Assembly (NCBI GenBank): GCA_045600535.1
Contig: JAZRYD010000018.1
Location: 50,505-114,504, forward strand
Source: Acutalibacteraceae bacterium
GTDB lineage: Bacteria; Bacillota; Clostridia; Oscillospirales; Acutalibacteraceae
Reading direction: 5' to 3'
DNA length: 64,000 nt
Shown here: piece by piece, positions 60,734-64,000 of the stretch
Layout of the letters: each line of letters begins with the position of its first letter
Numbering within the stretch: position 1 is the stretch's first letter
The notes under the pieces: generated by a model
What the model was told of the DNA's origin: nothing
Seen by the model: the letters and a program-made list of their open reading frames with translations, nothing else
Database searches by the model: none
Program-made: the position numbers and the translations under genes

Positions 60734-63154
60734 TTATCTTACCACTATATTTACAAGTCTGCCCTTAACATAAAGCTCTTTGACTATTTGTTTACCGTCA
60801 ATTGCTTCGGCAATTTTTTCAAGAGCCTTAGCCGCGGCAAGAACCTCGTTCTGACCTGCATCGGCGCTGACTACGAGCTTTTCTCTGACCTTTCCGTTTA
60901 TCTGAACGGCTATCTCAACGCTGTCATCAACGCATTTTGCTTCGTCATAGGTCGGCCAGCTTTCAAAAGCAATTGTGTCATCGTGACCGAATATCTGCCA
61001 GATTTCCTCGCAGATGTGAGGACATACGGGGCTGAGCAGCTTAATAAGACCCTCTGCAAATTCCTTCGGGCAAGAGCCAGCCTTATATACGGCATTAACG
61101 AAAATCATCATCTGGCTGATTGCAGTGTTGAATGCAAGAGCTTCAAAGTCGGAGCTTACCTTTCTCACGGTTACATTGTAAATCTTTTCAAGCTCGCTTC
61201 TCTTCTCTTTGCCGATATTCTTTTCCTCGGTGAAGAAATTCCATACTCTTGTGATGAATCTCTTTGCGCCCTCAACGCCCTGATTGCTCCACGGCTTTGA
61301 AGCCTCAATGGGACCCATAAACATTTCGTAAAGTCTCAGGGTATCTGCGCCGTAATCACGGACTATATCCGAGGGATTGACAACAAATTCGGGGAATCTC
61401 TTACCCATCTTGATGCCGTTTGCACCGAGAATCATTCCCTGGTGAACAAGCTTCATAAACGGTTCTTTAACGGGTGAAATACCCTCATCATAAAGGAATC
61501 TGTTCCATATTCTCGAATAGATAAGATGACCTACCGCGTGCTCCGGTCCGCCTATATAAAGGTCAACGGGAAGCCAGTGTCTGAGCAGCTCGGGGTCGCC
61601 GATGGCGTTTTCGTTCTTCGGGTCAATGTATCTCATAAAATACCAGCTTGAACCTGCCGAACCGGGCATTGTTGAGGTTTCTCTCTTGCCCTTTATGCCG
61701 TCTTTTTCGTAATATTTCCATTTCTCTGCATTTTCAAGCGGAGCCTGACCGTTTTTGCCCTTATAATCTTCAAGCTCGGGCAGAACAAGGGGAAGCTCTT
61801 CATCGGCAAGAACATGGATTTCTCCGTCCTCGGTGTAGAAAACGGGGACGGGTTCACCCCAGTAACGCTGACGGGCGAATATCCACTCACGGAAATGATA
61901 ATTTACCTTTCTTCTTGCAACACCCGTTTTTTCAAGCTTCTGAGTGATTGCTTCTTTTGCTTCCTCAACGGTAAGACCGGTGAACTCCTCGGAGTTGATA
62001 AGACGGCAGCCCTTTCCGAGATAATCACCCTTTTCAAAGGCACATTCGGAAACGTCCGCACCGTCAACAACCTGAATCATCGGAATGCCGTGAACGGTTG
62101 CATATTCAAAGTCACGCTGGTCATGGCTCGGAACTGCCATAACGGCACCCGTGCCGTAATTTGCAAGCACGAAATCGCCGATATAAACGGGAACTTCCTT
62201 ACCGTTTACGGGGTTAACGGCATAAACACCCTTAAGAGGACAGCCCGATTTTGTTTTGTTAAGCTCGGTACGGTCCATATCGGTCTTTTTGATTGTTTCT
62301 TCTATGTAAGCGTTTACTTCGTCTTTGTTTTCGATTCTCGGCATAAGCTCCTTAACAAGGCTTCCGTCCGGAGCAAGTACCATAAATGTGATACCGTAAA
62401 TCGTTTCGATACAGGTTGTGTATATTGAGAAGCTTCCGCCGCCCACTACTTTAAAATCGACCTCAACGCCGGTGCTCTTGCCTATCCAATGGCGCTGCAT
62501 ATCCTTGGTTGATTCCGGCCAGTCGATTTCATTAAGCCCTTCAAGAAGCTTTTCCGCAAAAGCCGCCTGGTCGATAACCCACTGCTTCATATTCTTGCGG
62601 ATAACGGGATAACCGCCTCTTTCACTCTTGCCGTCGATAACCTCATCGTTTGCAAGAACCGTTCCGAGCTCTTCGCACCAGTTAACGGGAATATCAACAA
62701 GCTTTGCGTAACCCTTTAAATAGAGCTGCTTGAATATCCATTGAGTCCATTTATAGTATGACGGGTCGGAGGTTGCAACCATCTTTGACCAGTCATAATC
62801 AAAGCCGAGTTCTTTAAGCTGATTTGAGAATGTACGGATATTATCCTGAGTGAAGCCGTTGGGATTGTGACCCGTCTGAACGGCATACTGCTCGGCGGGC
62901 AGACCGAATGAATCGTAGCCCATCGGGTGCAGAACATTATAGCCCTGCATTCTCTTCATACGGGAAACGATGTCGGTTGCCGTGTATCCTTCGGGGTGAC
63001 CTGCGTGAAGACCCACTCCCGACGGATAGGGGAACATATCAAGAGCATAAAATTTGGGCTTTGAAAAATCCCATACATCGGTTTTAAAGGTTTCGTGTTC
63101 CTCCCAATATTTCTGCCACTTTTTTTCTATTGCTTTGTAATCGTACTGCGCCAT
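60734..63154 (-). CDS. leuS: Leucyl-tRNA synthetase
   Basis: DMFPYPSG.GLHAGH, GTGAVMAVPSHDQRD, RQRYWGEP, YIGG.EHA, VQINGKVR. Confidence 0.96.
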   Translation of the reverse strand: MAQYDYKAIEKKWQKYWEEHETFKTDVWDFSKPKFYALDMFPYPSGVGLHAGHPEGYTATDIVSRMKRMQGYNVLHPMGYDSFGLPAEQYAVQTGHNPNGFTQDNIRTFSNQLKELGFDYDWSKMVATSDPSYYKWTQWIFKQLYLKGYAKLVDIPVNWCEELGTVLANDEVIDGKSERGGYPVIRKNMKQWVIDQAAFAEKLLEGLNEIDWPESTKDMQRHWIGKSTGVEVDFKVVGGGSFSIYTTCIETIYGITFMVLAPDGSLVKELMPRIENKDEVNAYIEETIKKTDMDRTELNKTKSGCPLKGVYAVNPVNGKEVPVYIGDFVLANYGTGAVMAVPSHDQRDFEYATVHGIPMIQVVDGADVSECAFEKGDYLGKGCRLINSEEFTGLTVEEAKEAITQKLEKTGVARRKVNYHFREWIFARQRYWGEPVPVFYTEDGEIHVLADEELPLVLPELEDYKGKNGQAPLENAEKWKYYEKDGIKGKRETSTMPGSAGSSWYFMRYIDPKNENAIGDPELLRHWLPVDLYIGGPEHAVGHLIYSRIWNRFLYDEGISPVKEPFMKLVHQGMILGANGIKMGKRFPEFVVNPSDIVRDYGADTLRLYEMFMGPIEASKPWSNQGVEGAKRFITRVWNFFTEEKNIGKEKRSELEKIYNVTVRKVSSDFEALAFNTAISQMMIFVNAVYKAGSCPKEFAEGLIKLLSPVCPHICEEIWQIFGHDDTIAFESWPTYDEAKCVDDSVEIAVQINGKVREKLVVSADAGQNEVLAAAKALEKIAEAIDGKQIVKELYVKGRLVNIVVR

Positions 63155-63179
63155 TTTTATTTTACACCCTTCCTCGGTT

Positions 63180-63542
63180 TTAATCCTCGGTAATGACATC
63201 GGACAGGTCAACGATATTTGCATCTGCCCAAAGTCTTTCCAAATTATAGTATTCTCTGCTTTCCTTCTCGAAAATGTGAACTATTACCCAGCCGTAATCA
63301 AGAAGAATCCAGCCCGTGGCTCTGCCCTCAATGTGTTCGGGGTCGATGCCCAGACGCTGTTTTATTTCATATTCCACATCGTCCGCAAGCGATTTGGTAT
63401 GAGTATTTGAAGTACCCGAAGCAATAACGAAATAATCCGAAACGATTGTAACCTCGGTTGTTTCGATTGCTTTTATATCTATTGCTTTTTTCTCATTAAG
63501 AACCTTTGCTATTTCTTTAACAAGGTCTTTTGATTCAATCAT
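63180..63542 (-). CDS. rsfS: Ribosome silencing factor
   Basis: EKKA.DI, DYFVIASG, WILLDYG.VIVHIF, YYNLERLW. Confidence 0.95.
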   Translation of the reverse strand: MIESKDLVKEIAKVLNEKKAIDIKAIETTEVTIVSDYFVIASGTSNTHTKSLADDVEYEIKQRLGIDPEHIEGRATGWILLDYGWVIVHIFEKESREYYNLERLWADANIVDLSDVITED

Positions 63543-64000
63543 AATATCTGTCCTTTCCGTGCCGCAAAATGCAGAACCGTATCGTTATAACAGTCAAGAG
63601 TTGCGGGGTGAATTACCATACCCGATGAAACAAGCTTGTTAACGGTATATTTGCTTGTATAGAGTATTGCGTGTTCAAGGCTGATATCCGCAAGCCGGCG
63701 CACCTCGTCAACATCTTCGTAATCTCTGTCGGCGGAAATGAAATCCGCTATGTACACAACCTTTTCGAGCAGAGTCATATCTGCTTTTCCCGTGGTATGC
63801 CAATTTATTGCGCCGAGAATTTCTTCATCGGTGATAATTCCGTTTTCACGCAGGAAGCCCGCACCGGAAAACTGATGCCATACCTTTCGGTTGGAAAATT
63901 CAACCTCGGTTAAATTTTCCGTATATCTGAGATGCTCAAGAACGGCTGCATTTTTCATTATATCGTGCATAAGTCCGGCAATGCGGGCTTTTTCCGTATC
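63539..64000 (-). CDS. yqeK: YqeK-family HD hydrolase (Ap4A hydrolase), 5' truncated by the window edge
   Basis: AGLMHDIMK, WH..SGA, AI.WHTTG, VYIADFI; upstream of rsfS. Confidence 0.88.
   Translation of the reverse strand, partial: DTEKARIAGLMHDIMKNAAVLEHLRYTENLTEVEFSNRKVWHQFSGAGFLRENGIITDEEILGAINWHTTGKADMTLLEKVVYIADFISADRDYEDVDEVRRLADISLEHAILYTSKYTVNKLVSSGMVIHPATLDCYNDTVLHFAARKGQIL

Overview
Core chromosomal window from a Firmicutes gut anaerobe, most likely Clostridia, Oscillospirales (Ruminococcaceae/Acutalibacteraceae-like; inferred from gene content and sigma-A-type promoters). Housekeeping genes: end of the rnf operon, hflX, glyA, dut, alr, a FemABX ligase, rpsO-pnp, rny-ymdB-ttcA-apgM, T-box-controlled thrS, glgBCD-A, tRNA-Gly, rpsU and leuS-rsfS-yqeK. 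Glycan and sugar genes are interspersed (nanA, GH35, GH29, GH130, ThuA, four TIM-barrel isomerases), along with several exported proteins of unknown function. No CRISPR array, prophage or transposase was seen. Most notable: (1) an unannotated 60-aa amphipathic microprotein with a perfect consensus promoter, plus similar Phe/Trp-rich amphipathic helices on five exported proteins, possibly a lineage-specific surface-anchoring signal; (2) modular intergenic repeats built from heptamer arrays, a covarying hairpin and an exchangeable REP-like core; (3) a solitary serine recombinase whose stop codon lies in a perfect 13+2+13 palindrome resembling a crossover site; (4) a PASTA pseudokinase; (5) an in-frame TAG in thrS; (6) a low-GC DUF3990-like two-gene cassette; (7) LeuRS with KMGKR in place of KMSKS. 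All family assignments come from motif recognition by eye, not database searches.
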